NCBI RefSeq assembly: GCF_001194135.2
Contig: NC_068999.1
Span: forward strand, 23,969,752-24,016,963
Source: Octopus bimaculoides
Lineage: Eukaryota
Length of the DNA: 47,212 nucleotides
Direction: 5' to 3'
The position numbers and the translations under genes are program-made. Each line of letters begins with the position of its first letter. Position 1 is the stretch's first letter. This document shows, piece after piece, positions 25,976-36,733 of the stretch. The notes beneath the pieces were generated by a model. The model was not told the origin of the DNA. It saw only the letters and a list, made by a program, of their open reading frames with translations, and ran no database searches.

Positions 25976-26929
25976 TTTTAAAGCAAATTATACTTGAGAT
26001 GTAGCTTTTATTAATATCTGATGTTTCAGTTTCACAATTTTTTCCAGACTACACAGGTATAAAAGTCTTCTGCATGTGATGTTAAATCAAATTTAGTATA
26101 ATAACTATGGCCATTTCATTTTTATTATAAGCAAATTATCTTAAGATTTAACTCTTAAAACATAGTTTCCAATAATTTGCAATCTTTTGACTGATAATCA
26201 ATAAACTTTGTAAGGGAATACACATTTATTTGCTATACACATGTATAGCAAATAAATGAGTGCTGGCAAGAAAGTACCACATATTGACTGTAATATTTTT
26301 ATGTTCAGAGTTGTTGAAGCATAGAATAAACTACCAGTGGTGGTTGTTAGCTGTCAGGGACACTGCATCCTCTGAAATTTCTGTTCTTTCTGAAATTAGC
26401 CAACACTATTCCTGATGTACCATCCTTTCCTCTTAATGGCTTTTTTCACTTTTTTTCTTAGTTGCTTCAGTAAACGAACTGTGGCCATGCTGGGCATTAA
26501 CTTCAAGGATTTAATAAAATAAATCACCTCTTGTATTTATAACTAAGTCTGGTTCTTATTCTGTCAGCTTCTTTTGCTGAACCACTAGGTGATGGGGATG
26601 CAAACAAACCAATACTGGTTGTCAAGTAGTGGTGGGGAGACAAACACAAACACACATACTAACACATACTATGGCACCACACAGTTACTTTCCACCAAAT
26701 TCACTCACAAAGCAACATTGGTCAGCTTAAAGCTTTAGTAGATTAAACATGCTGAAGGTGGTGCACCAGTCTTTTTGCGTCGTATTCCGCCTATACTGCA
26801 CACATTTGGCTATCATTACTGTGTTTCTTTATTTGACTTATTGCTGCTTTCTGTCTCCTTGTTTACTCTTTTCTGATGAGTTGTAGAACAGCTGAGCATT
26901 ATATACATAAGCTCATTATCATTTGTAAA

Positions 26930-27145
26930 AATATCAAGCTGGCAGAATCATTATTCTCATGCCAGACAAAATGCTTAGTGACATTCCATCGGACATTACA
27001 TTCTGAGTTCAAATTCTGCTGAGGTTGACTTTGCCTTTCATCCTTTTGAGATTGATAAAATAAATACCAAATGAGCATTGATATCATAGAAATTGTCTTA
27101 CCTCTCCACTAAAATTGCTGGCCTTGTGCCAAAATTTGAAATTAT
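26930..27145 (+). mobile_element. tRNA-derived SINE, family C, (TTA)n tail
   Basis: A-box-like TGGCAGAATC, B-box GAGTTCAAATTC, body GACTTTGCCTTTCATCC...GATAAAATAAATACC. Other copies: 2590-2760, 21010-21180, 22415-22620(+); 29545-29720, 42646-42857, 42876-43087(-). Confidence 0.8.
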
Positions 27146-27524
27146 TATTTTAAGATATCTGTGGCAAAGAAAGGGATGAAAAGCAATGATAGAAAGTCTC
27201 AGGTTGTTGGATTTCAGAAACAAGACAATGCAGGATTGAGCAAAGTGGTAATCTGCTTATACTGAAAACCTGATGGTAAAACTATCAAATGAATATATAT
27301 GATTAAAGTGAATAACTTTTCACTTTACTGGTATGACTTATTTAACTTGTATAGTTTATATAATGTCTTCAATTCAATACGAATGAGCTGAAAGATTCCT
27401 AATCTAACTTCTCACCATATTACAGTTAACTATTTTGTTGTAATTATTTTTTTACAAGATTACACCATTGATTGTGTCACTAGTTTTCATATAGGTTTGG
27501 TGATGCATACAGGAAAACAGAACT

Positions 27525-27558
<34 letters not shown>

Positions 27559-27827
27559 AGTATTAATCAGCAGAAGGTACATAGTAACTCAAGGACTGAG
27601 AGTTTTGTATCTTGGCACTTATCAATGCATGAAGTCCTCAGCCCTTGATTCACTCTGTAACTTCTGCTGATTATTAATGAAATAGTTTTCATATACTAAT
27701 TAATACTGATAATTAGTGAAGAAAGAAGAAGAAAGATGAATGTTTGAAACAACTGACCTCAAAATATAAACAAACTAATATCTATAACATGGGAACAACA
27801 TAAAAGAATTAAAATTTAAGTACCTAC

Positions 27828-28231
27828 CTGAAATAATAAGAGGTGTATTTTGTTCAGGATCTCTAGTATTGATATCAACACCATTGTCCAAGAGGATTTG
27901 GAAACATTGTAACAAGTCCTTCCGTGCAGCAATATGGATGGCAGCATTTCCACTTCTAGCTGAGATATAGCAGTCACATTTTGCTTCAATTAAAGCTTTT
28001 ATAATGTCTGGTTTATTTTCTTTTGTAGCCAACATCAATGGTGTTTCTCCTGAACTATTTTGGCAGTCAATATCAGCACCGGCTTTGATCAGAGAGTTTG
28101 TGCATTCTATGTAGCCTTTCTCTGAAGACAAAAGTAAAGCTTCTTTCAATTCATTTTTTGGTACACTGCCTGGGACGTCCAGAAGCAATGATAAAATACG
28201 TTGATTGTTCTGCTTCACACAACTAACCACA
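27828..28231 (-). CDS. ASB-family gene exon, N-terminal ankyrin repeats
   Basis: ORF 27775..28230 has ankyrin motifs (KAGADIDCQNSSGETPLMLA, GNAAIHIAA, NGVDINTRDPEQNTPLII). Acceptor TTTTCTTCCAG| at 28233-28232; donor CAG|GTAGGT at 27827. Confidence 0.92.
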
Positions 28232-28337
28232 CTGGAAGAAAAGTAGAAAATAAAAAATAAAATTCAGTGAACCTTTTTATATAGAACAGAATTCAAGGCC
28301 ATTTACAACACTTCGGTAATGAGAATGAATAACTCAC

Positions 28338-28346
28338 AGATGCCAT
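28338..28346 (-). CDS. Candidate 9-nt symmetric microexon of the ASB-family gene
   Basis: Minus strand: CTTAAC (branch-like, 28369-28364) TATTGTATTTCATTCAG|ATGGCATCT|GTGAGT. It keeps phase 2 (MVRWHLVVS...) and leaves a 106-nt intron before the 28231 exon. Confidence 0.4.
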
Positions 28347-29124
28347 CTGAATGAAATACAATAGTTAAGTTTGTGATGACATATTTAATACAAAGGACTT
28401 TAAAGAGCTAACTGGAAATAATTATGCAGTGATGAAAAAACAATATTAGTCAATGGCTAATATCAATTTCATATTTACTGAATGATTCTCTCATCATTAC
28501 TTTGACAAGCACAACAAAGACTGTGATTCACTGATGAGGTCGATAAGAAGTGAAACTTCACTGAAGTTGTCTGCTGTATATGCAGAAGTAAAGCAAAATC
28601 CTGGATTTGGTATTTTTATAAATTTAGAGACTACTGTAGAAGGTGATCTTTAGAGAAAGTAGAAATTTTGACTGTTAAAAATAGCCAACTTCACAATAAG
28701 AATAACAGAAGGATGCCAATATAATGCAGTAATTAAAACTTAATTTATTAATTCTGGTGAAGATAAATGGCAGGGAAGACAACTTCAAAATTTAGAAGTG
28801 GAAAGGTTTGCAGTAGGGAGTCAGTGTGATCTTTGATTAGTATAACAGCAAATATATTTCAATCATTTATCTTTTATTTGTTTGTGGTCATGCTGGAGCA
28901 CTGCAATGAAGGGCTTTAGCTGAATGAATCGACCCATCCCCCCCAGTACTTGTTTTTATAAAGCCTGGTACTAATTCTATTGGTCCCTTTAGCCGAACTG
29001 TTACATTATGGGGACAAACAAACTAACACTGATTGTCAAGGGTGATGGGAAACACATGCACATGCATCACACACACACACACACACATATATACATACAT
29101 ATACATATATATATGTATAATATA

Positions 29125-29328
29125 TGAGGGGTGCTGAAAAGTTCCTGGTTTTAAGGGTATTGCGAAAGGTCTGGTTGGAGGCCCAACCATTCAGATTCTT
29201 TTACAGGGCCTAGAAAAACTGAAGGACCACTATAATAAGTGTGCGAATCTGAGAGGGGAATGCGTTGAATAAAATCATAAAATCATATTTTCTTTTACTA
29301 AATCCAAGAACTTTTCAACACTCCCTCG
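29125..29328 (+). mobile_element. Mariner-derived MITE (~204 bp)
   Basis: Ends TGAGGGGTGCTGAAAAGTTCCTGG / CCAAGAACTTTTCAACACTCCCTCG. Internal remnant FLQGLEKLKDHYNKCANLRGECVE*. Confidence 0.8.
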
Positions 29329-30129
29329 CATATGTGTTAATCACACACGTGCAGTTAATGAATTTTTTCCTTCTCTGGACTTATCCTTTCTCCTCTTCTG
29401 ACAAAGAGCTATGCTCAAAGTGTTAAAAAACCTACTCTTTTTTTCTACTTTTGTTGAGTGTCCAGCTAATACATTCCATATATATATCCTCTTGTTTTGT
29501 TGTTCATTTTAATGTTTGATTGTTAATGTTCAACTTTTAATGCACAAGGCCTGAAATTTGAGGGGAGGGAGTAAGTTGATTAAGTCGACCCCAGTGTTCA
29601 ACTAGTACTCATTTTATCGACCCTGAAAGGATGAAAGGTAAAGTTGACCTCAGTGGAATTTGAACTCAGAATGTAAAGACAGACGAAATGCCGCTAAGCA
29701 TTTTGTCTGGATTGCTAACAATTCTGCTATTTCACCACCTTTATAATATCATATAATATATATCAGTCAGTAGTTTGTATATCGTAAAAAGAGGCACACT
29801 CTAAAACATTAGAGTGGTAATATTTAGAAGAATGTTTGTTACGCCAGGCAGAGAGTGGCCATTGGCTTTGTGCCTATAAAGCACTTAGGTGTACTGGCCA
29901 CTTGTCAGACTCAAATGGCTGGAAGCAGCACAGAACCTTTCTACAACTGAAGGGAAGAAAATGTCATGGTTAGTTAAATTTGTAAACAAAAGAATTCTGA
30001 AATAAAATTCTACTGGCAAAAGTTTGGGTATGATGGAGTTACCACCCTTAGTTCAATTTCAGTTATGTCCATGACGCCTGCCAAAGACATCTGAAGTTGG
30101 TAGCATTTTCCTAGTTGGTAAATGAGGAA

Positions 30130-31370
30130 TTCCATGTTCCTAACATGAATTTCCTCTGATGAGGACACAGACTCATTATTTCATCTTTGGAATTTAAAAA
30201 TCAACCCGGATCAAGTGAGTTTTACAGGATTCTTGCTCTTTTGGCCAAACAAAGCTTACATCATTTGCTCCTGTTGAGGTAAAGCCCTGGTTGTTCTTGG
30301 AAACTTCATTTAATTATGTATGGCATACCCTCCTCTTTTAAATGCCATACATAGCTAGCCAAAGACATGATGTTGCACCCCTGTATCATAAAGGAGGACC
30401 CATGATTGCTAAGATGATAACTGAATCAACATATTTCCATGTCTGTGCTCTTGTGCTAGTGGTGTTACAGCTGCTGTTGTTACTGCCGGACCCATTACTG
30501 CTGCTGCTGCTACTGGTATCATTGCCAATGTTGCTGTTATTGATGGTGCTGCCGTTGCTACCACTGCTGGACACATAACTGGTGCTGTTATTGCTTCTGT
30601 AACTGCTGCTGCTTGATACACTGTTGGTGTAACTGCTGCCAATGTTGCAATTGCTGTTGCTACTATTGTTACTGTTGTTATTGGCATATATGCTGTTGGT
30701 GCCATTGCTGTTGCTGCCAACACCACCACTACAACCGCCAATACCAATCACCACCTTAACCTCATACACCACACTTTTGGAATTGCTTCGACCACCCACT
30801 GGGCACTCATTGTTAACCCTGCATGAACATCCTGCCTCAGCACATGGTTTAGGAGTGCCCACTAATATTTTTTTAATGCAGGGTACACAACTGAAAAGGA
30901 CCTTTAAGTTGTGTCAATTAAACAAACATCTGTATCCCATGTGACTGTATAAAGTGTTTATCCACCAATCTAAGAAATATCCTTGAAATATCTTGAAATT
31001 TTTGCTGGTGCAGCTCCCTATTACAATGATGCTTTGGCATTGACTGGGTTTAAGGATTGCTTCTCCATTATGCTGGTCCTTAACATCTGCAAAAGGAAGT
31101 GCCATTGTAAAGTCGTTTGGTTTGCCTTCTCACTCAATGTCACTATTACCTATCTGTCTTTATTCATTCAAACTCTACATATCTCTCAAGTCATCTAGCA
31201 AGTACCAGGAAAGACTATACTTACAAGGTGTAATAAGACTGAAATGTGTCTGGAGATGTCTCACATACTTAGCAAAGATCAGACTCACCTACATTACACA
31301 TTATTATGCGATTTCCATTTAATATTCAGGTTGGTATCTTTTGTCCAGAATTATGATGGTTGGCTGAAGA
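30130..31370 (-). mobile_element. Penelope-like element 3' part (GIY-YIG endonuclease) with internal inversion and repeat expansion
   Basis: IFLRLVDKHF, CLFN*HNLKVLFSCVP, CSCRVNNECPVGG...SVVYEVKV, IK*S...*CKLCL...LNSKDEIMSLCPHQRKF. Confidence 0.8.
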
Positions 31371-31395
31371 GTTCATAAGCTGACCAAGATACTCT

Positions 31396-32340
31396 TATGG
31401 AAGGTGAACAAATAAGGTTTATTTTTCAACATAGTCCCCCTTGTGGTCTACAAACTTCTTCCATCGGTGTTGCAGTGCTTGGATTCCATTGGTGGAAAAG
31501 CTTAGTTTTTATTCTGTTACTCAAAAAAGTCATCAACAGCAGATGTGATGTCATTAACACTGTGACACTAATTCCAAATCAAGTGTTTTTTCATGTTGGG
31601 TAACAGAAGATAGTCAGATGGGGTTGAATAGGGAGGGTGATCAATCAGTTGAAGGCCAGTCATGTACAACAACCATTGAAACCAAGTCCTTGTGTGCTGG
31701 AGCATTATCCTGATGAAACAAAACTTGTTTTGTCAGTTTTCCTTGGCATTTAGTCTTGCCTTTTGTAACTGCCTCAGCAAAGTGGCATAGTACTCTCCAT
31801 TAATGTTGTGGCCCACTTTGCATCCCCCAAAACTGAACCCATAACCTTTCCTGCAGATGAAATAACCTTGACCTTCTTTGGAGCAGGTGAGGAGGGGTGT
31901 TTCCACTATATGTATTGTCTCTTTGTCGCTGGCTCAAAGTGATGAACCCAACACTCCCTAACACTCTTCATGTTATCCTAGTCAATGACCAGAAACAATA
32001 ATCCTTCATGATATTTTCCACTTTTTATCAACCAGTGGCTTGTATCACTTTGTGTAGCAGCCATGAAAGAATATTTAGTTTGTGCTGCTACCGCTAACTT
32101 GCTTGTCATCAGGGATAACTTTGGTGCACTTAAGAAGTATTTATGATGCTTATTTTTATTCTGTTGTTGAAGTATTTTTGGTGTTAAGATGAGGTGTGAT
32201 TGTATCAAACTGTTTAAAATTTTTTGTTGTCATTTTAAACATCAACAAACAAGAACAACAAAAATCTACTCAATCTATCACAGTCATGGACTATTTGTGG
32301 TTCATCGATTTTTCTGCATGGCATGTCTGATGAAAAATTA
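31396..32340 (-). mobile_element. Degraded mariner (irritans/mellifera-like)
   Basis: VHHFEPATKRQYI*WKHPSSPAPKK...SAGKVM, HQDNAPAHK and GIQALQHRWKKFVDHKGDYVEK*. Confidence 0.8.
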
Positions 32341-32626
32341 CCTTGAATTTTTTCTTTTCTTCTTTATTTTTTAGTACTCGTAATCTATATACTCTGAAAG
32401 GTATTTATTGAAAATTTCATTACAAAATACCAATTTTTCTGAAAGTTATGAGGAAACAAACCTGTTACGTGTGAATTTTCCGAATACACTCTGCACACTC
32501 ACGGAAAATATTTTTCACAAGTTCCAATATCATTGGAATCAACACTCTGAAGCGTATTTGGTGAAAGTTTCATAAGAAAATATCCATTTTCCTGAAAATT
32601 ATGAGGAAACAAAGTTGGAACGGGAC

Positions 32627-33592
32627 ACACTTGTGGGCGGAGTTAAAGGACATGGACCACACTCCCTTTTGGTTATTTTTTTTCTACAGAAACCCGTCTT
32701 TTCGACTGTGGAGATTCCGAATCTGTGAACAAAATTGGTATTTCAAAATTTAACCTCCCCCACCCCAGTTTTCACTTTCTTAAGAAATTTTTTTTTTGGC
32801 AAAATATGGNNNNNNNNNNNNNNNNNNNNNNNNNNNNNNNNNNNNNNNNNNNNNNNNNNNNNNNNNNNNNNNNNNNNNNNNNNNNNNNNNNNNNNNNNNN
32901 NNNNNNNNNNNNNNNNNNNNNNNNNNNNNNNNNNNNNNNNNNNNNNNNNNNNNNNNNNNNNNNNNNNNNNNNNNNNNNNNNNNNNNNNNNNNNNNNNNNN
33001 NNNNNNNNNNNNNNNNNNNNNNNNNNNNNNNNNNNNNNNNNNNNNNNNNNNNNNNNNNNNNNNNNNNNNNNNNNNNNNNNNNNNNNNNNNNNNNNNNNNN
33101 NNNNNNNNNNNNNNNNNNNNNNNNNNNNNNNNNNNNNNNNNNNNNNNNNNNNNNNNNNNNNNNNNNNNNNNNNNNNNNNNNNNNNNNNNNNNNNNNNNNN
33201 NNNNNNNNNNNNNNNNNNNNNNNNNNNNNNNNNNNNNNNNNNNNNNNNNNNNNNNNNNNNNNNNNNNNNNNNNNNNNNNNNNNNNNNNNNNNNNNNNNNN
33301 NNNNNNNNNNNNNNNNNNNNNNNNNNNNNNNNNNNNNNNNNNNNNNNNNNNNNNNNNNNNNNNNNNNNNNNNNNNNNNNNNNNNNNNNNNNNNNNNNNNN
33401 NNNNNNNNNNNNNNNNNNNNNNNNNNNNNGTGGTGGTGAAGGGGGCGGGATTAAAATTTTGAAATGCCGATTTATTTTGCCGATTCTGAATCTCCGCAGT
33501 CGAGAAAGTGGGTTTCTGTAGGAAAAAACGCCCCCCCCCCAAATAACCGAAAGTGGGTGCGGTCCATGTCCTTTACCTCCGCCCACTTGTGT
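32627..33592. repeat. Long imperfect inverted repeat (fold-back element) flanking an assembly gap
   Basis: 32632-32765 mirrors 33431-33590 (GTGGGCGGAG.TAAAGGACATGGACC...CTACAGAAACCC...CGACTG.GGAGATTC.GAATC...TTTCAAAATTTTAA), with scattered differences. Confidence 0.75.
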
Positions 33593-33987
33593 AGGTATGT
33601 CCTGCGGTCGGTGTGGTGAGGAGTAATGTGTCGTGCGGTCCACTACTTGAAAAGTTTGTTCATGCCTAATCAGACACAATCACACCCTCACGTCTTAAAT
33701 AACTATAATGAACACCATAAAAATGAGCAACAAGAAAATAACACTTAACAAACAACCAGGAGACAGAAAATTTAAAAAAAGAAAAGAAAAAGGAAAATCT
33801 CCAGTCACGAAACAAAATTAACTTTCAAAAGTTTGTAAGAAAATGAAAGTGACACGGTATTATCAATGATTGATGGAATATCTTTTGATGTTCCGCGATT
33901 TTGAAAAATATGAAAATAGTTCATTAGATCAACACAACTATATTTACTTTATCGATACTGTTCAGACGAATGGCTAGATCGATTCTG

Positions 33988-34040
33988 GCATAATCGAAAT
34001 TCGGAACATATAGGGATTATGTTCCGAATTCTGATTATGC
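33988..34040. repeat. 23-bp near-perfect hairpin in ASB intron 1
   Basis: GCATAATCGAAATTCGGAACATA / TAGGGAT / TATGTTCCGAATTCTGATTATGC: 21 Watson-Crick pairs, one G.U and one A.C. Confidence 0.9.
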
Positions 34041-34969
34041 TGAATACTGTAAAGCATTGTGTTCCAATTCATAATATCGACAATGATCGAACGTAGAAAT
34101 AATACTAATAAACAGATTAGTTAGTCCATCACTTATTTTACTTTTATCGAAATACTTTCTCTCTTCAAAGAATAATCAGAAGTTTTCTGGTTTCTTGATA
34201 ATAATTGGCGTTAAAGGTAATTTTAAACATCATTTAATGCTAAAGATTAATTTTCAAAACACTAAATCAATGTTTATTGGGCATTAGATTTTAATCGAAA
34301 TTTCTGAGTAGTATGAAATCTCTAACTTTTTGGTTTTATTCTTTGTAAAGAAACATTAGTTACTACGTAATTCACTCTTTCGCAATATATATATATTATT
34401 TAAATTTGTCTGTAACACTAATTATTAGTAAATGAGAGACGAGGAAAATTATAACGATACTTTAAAGAACAAAAGTAATAATCACAATGATGGGTATCTC
34501 TTGTATATAGTAGAGTACCTGGTTTTAGAGTCACAGAAACATTGTCGTGCTGCATTTTTTCTGGGTATAAATAGAAATGGTACTAGCAGCGATAACCAAG
34601 AGGTGTTAATACTAAACAGTCAGCCTAATTAGGATATATTCCTTCAAATTAGAATTTACAGTGCATTAAATAAGAAGACTTCGTTTCTATCCAATATATT
34701 ACTCTTGCTTTATTTTCTTTTTGTATTCCGAATTCTAACTATAAGTATCGGAGAAACTTATGAAGATCTAAAACAACTACAGACGGTAATCAACAGTTGA
34801 GACAAACAAAAATATAACTTTTTTCGTCTCGAAAGCCGTTTTGGAGAATGAGAAAGAATGCTGAACTTGTATGTTGCTATCACCAAAAATATTTCGCATA
34901 AGTTATTTTCAGAGATTAGAGAAAACATTAATATATATATATATATATATATATATTACAGCTTCTTAC

Positions 34970-34977
34970 CTGACCAT
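34970..34977 (-). CDS. Ankyrin-repeat/SOCS-box (ASB-family) gene, putative first coding exon (ATG GTC AG, only 8 coding nt)
   Basis: Minus strand reads ...AGG AGT ATG GTC AG|GTAAGA. ATG has A at -3 and G at +4, in-frame TGA/TAA lie upstream, and the donor CAG|GTAAGA is consensus. Phase 2 matches the acceptor at 28231 (AG|T = Ser, giving MVSVVSCVKQ). The exon's 5' extent is unknown; there is a possible acceptor at 35122-35121. Confidence 0.65.
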
Positions 34978-36733
34978 ACTCCTTCTATTATCAAAGAAAA
35001 AACAGTATTTACGTTATCAGAGTCTTTGAGCAGAGCTGCAGAGCTATTTTTATGGAAGGACAAAAGTAGAATTAATACCGTTCACGATATGGAATCGATT
35101 TGCGTGCTGTTAAGATATTTCTAAAGTTGTAAAAAAATAATCGCTTTTGGTTATTTCAGTTAGTGGAAGCATGTTTTTATTTTCTCAGAAATAGAAATAC
35201 ATTAATTTGCGAAAATTATAAGGTAACGTGTGGCGTTTTCCTTCCTCGCATATCCAGGTTTATATTTTTTATTACCTTTTTTTTCCACAATAAATATCGA
35301 CTCTTAGGATGCTGATGCGTTTATAAACTACTTTAGGCAATTAGTATTTTCTGAAATTAATAAAATATCAATTCATTATATTACATAATATTTTTGGCTC
35401 GCCGTATGATTATTTCTAATAAGCATTTTAACGCACCCTGTGTTAAGATATTTAACAATTAACCTAAGAATCGCTTTTCGTGCGGATAACATCATTGAGT
35501 TATTTTTCTCAATAGTTCAACATGTATGGTGAAATCTATACTTCATTGATGAGGTCTTAATGGGTTAAACATTTCAAAAGTTGTCTTCCGTAGTTGTCGT
35601 ATGTGCATGTATATTAACATTGTACACATTTGCTTATTACTTTACCACTGTATTACTAAACAGTGATATGACGTTTATGTTCCCTGGAGACATTATAACT
35701 ACTTGATTTGCATTTTTGGAGATCAATGAAATAGAAAGTCCGTTACTTAAAAAACATGTAACAGTTGGTGACAGGAAGAGCATCTAGGTATCAAATGCTG
35801 GAATGAGAGAATAGGGTGAAACTATTTGGGTACTATGTTTTGGTGACGGACTATTTGGCACTGAAGGTCGACACATGTACGCAAAAACATACATGTACAA
35901 AGAGAAGTGTGTGTGTGTGTGTGTGGGGGGGGGTAAAATGTTACCCATAAAGGAAAATATACATATGGAAAAAAAAGAAGAGAAAGGTGCGGGAGAGAAA
36001 TATGAAATTATTGCATGAAAACAGACACATACAGAAAAGAGAGAAGGGGGAGAGTAGGAAAGAGAAAGCTATAGTTAACCGAAATAGTTAAAATGGAGTT
36101 ATCCCCCTTTATATGACACACGTAGACAGAGGAAAATTATTATTATTAACAAAAATGCTCCTATACTGATTTATTAAAAGATATATCTTTATTTAGTTCT
36201 TCATTTGATAATAATGTGCAATGTCTCTCCACAAAGGATAAAAAAAACAAATGTTCTCAGTGCCAAAACATCTTAGGGTCAAAGCCTCCAATGCCAAATG
36301 GATTCGCTGGTGAACCAATGAAACCAAATCAGCAAGGCCAAAGTGGCATCGCCAAAAAATGTCCCACACCCATACAATACTGCCTCAAAAAGCCCACCGC
36401 CATCACATACTAGTATGGAAAAAACAGATAGTATGTAAGTGAATGAATGGACAACCAACTACAACAATAATAATGGTTTCAAATTTTGGCAATTTTCAAG
36501 GATAAAACAGATTTGTACTGACATAGGGGATTACTGGAAACATGCAAATATTTTTGTACACCATTATGTCAAATGCAGTTACAATGAATCATAATTAAAG
36601 GAAATAGCAAATGAGATAGCTAAGATTAGCAAAGAAAGTCAAACCTTCATGCATAATTTTAGCAAACACAATGCAATATGTGACAAAATTCATTTAGTGA
36701 TTAACTGGCACTGAAATTTCTGGTATTTCAAAA

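Larger units (their letters stand above)
33850..35500. promoter_or_regulatory. CpG-retaining, largely TE-free region around the 5' end of the ASB-family gene (probable promoter/first exon)
   Basis: CG dinucleotides are visibly more frequent than in the flanking introns (judged by eye, not counted). The region contains the ATG exon. Confidence 0.4.

Noticed and set aside
28338-28411. Longer 74-nt version of the microexon using an upstream CCAG acceptor
   Set aside because: It introduces in-frame stops immediately.
30342-30944. Leu-rich plus ORFs resembling membrane or signal peptides (also 22567-22761, 43098-43358 N-term, 43408-43694)
   Set aside because: Translations of trinucleotide microsatellites or of the antisense strand of the Penelope linker.
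34519-34555. ATG CAG CAC...CCA G|GTACT as an alternative first exon
   Set aside because: Phase 1 does not match the 28231 acceptor or the microexon (premature stop), and the donor is weaker.
34432-34632. 66-aa plus ORF in the promoter region
   Set aside because: No motif; consistent with a random ORF.
13218-34969. Apparent sense-strand bias of TEs in the ASB introns
   Set aside because: Few events, with counterexamples (RTE 19630+, several SINEs), and DNA transposon orientation is uninformative.
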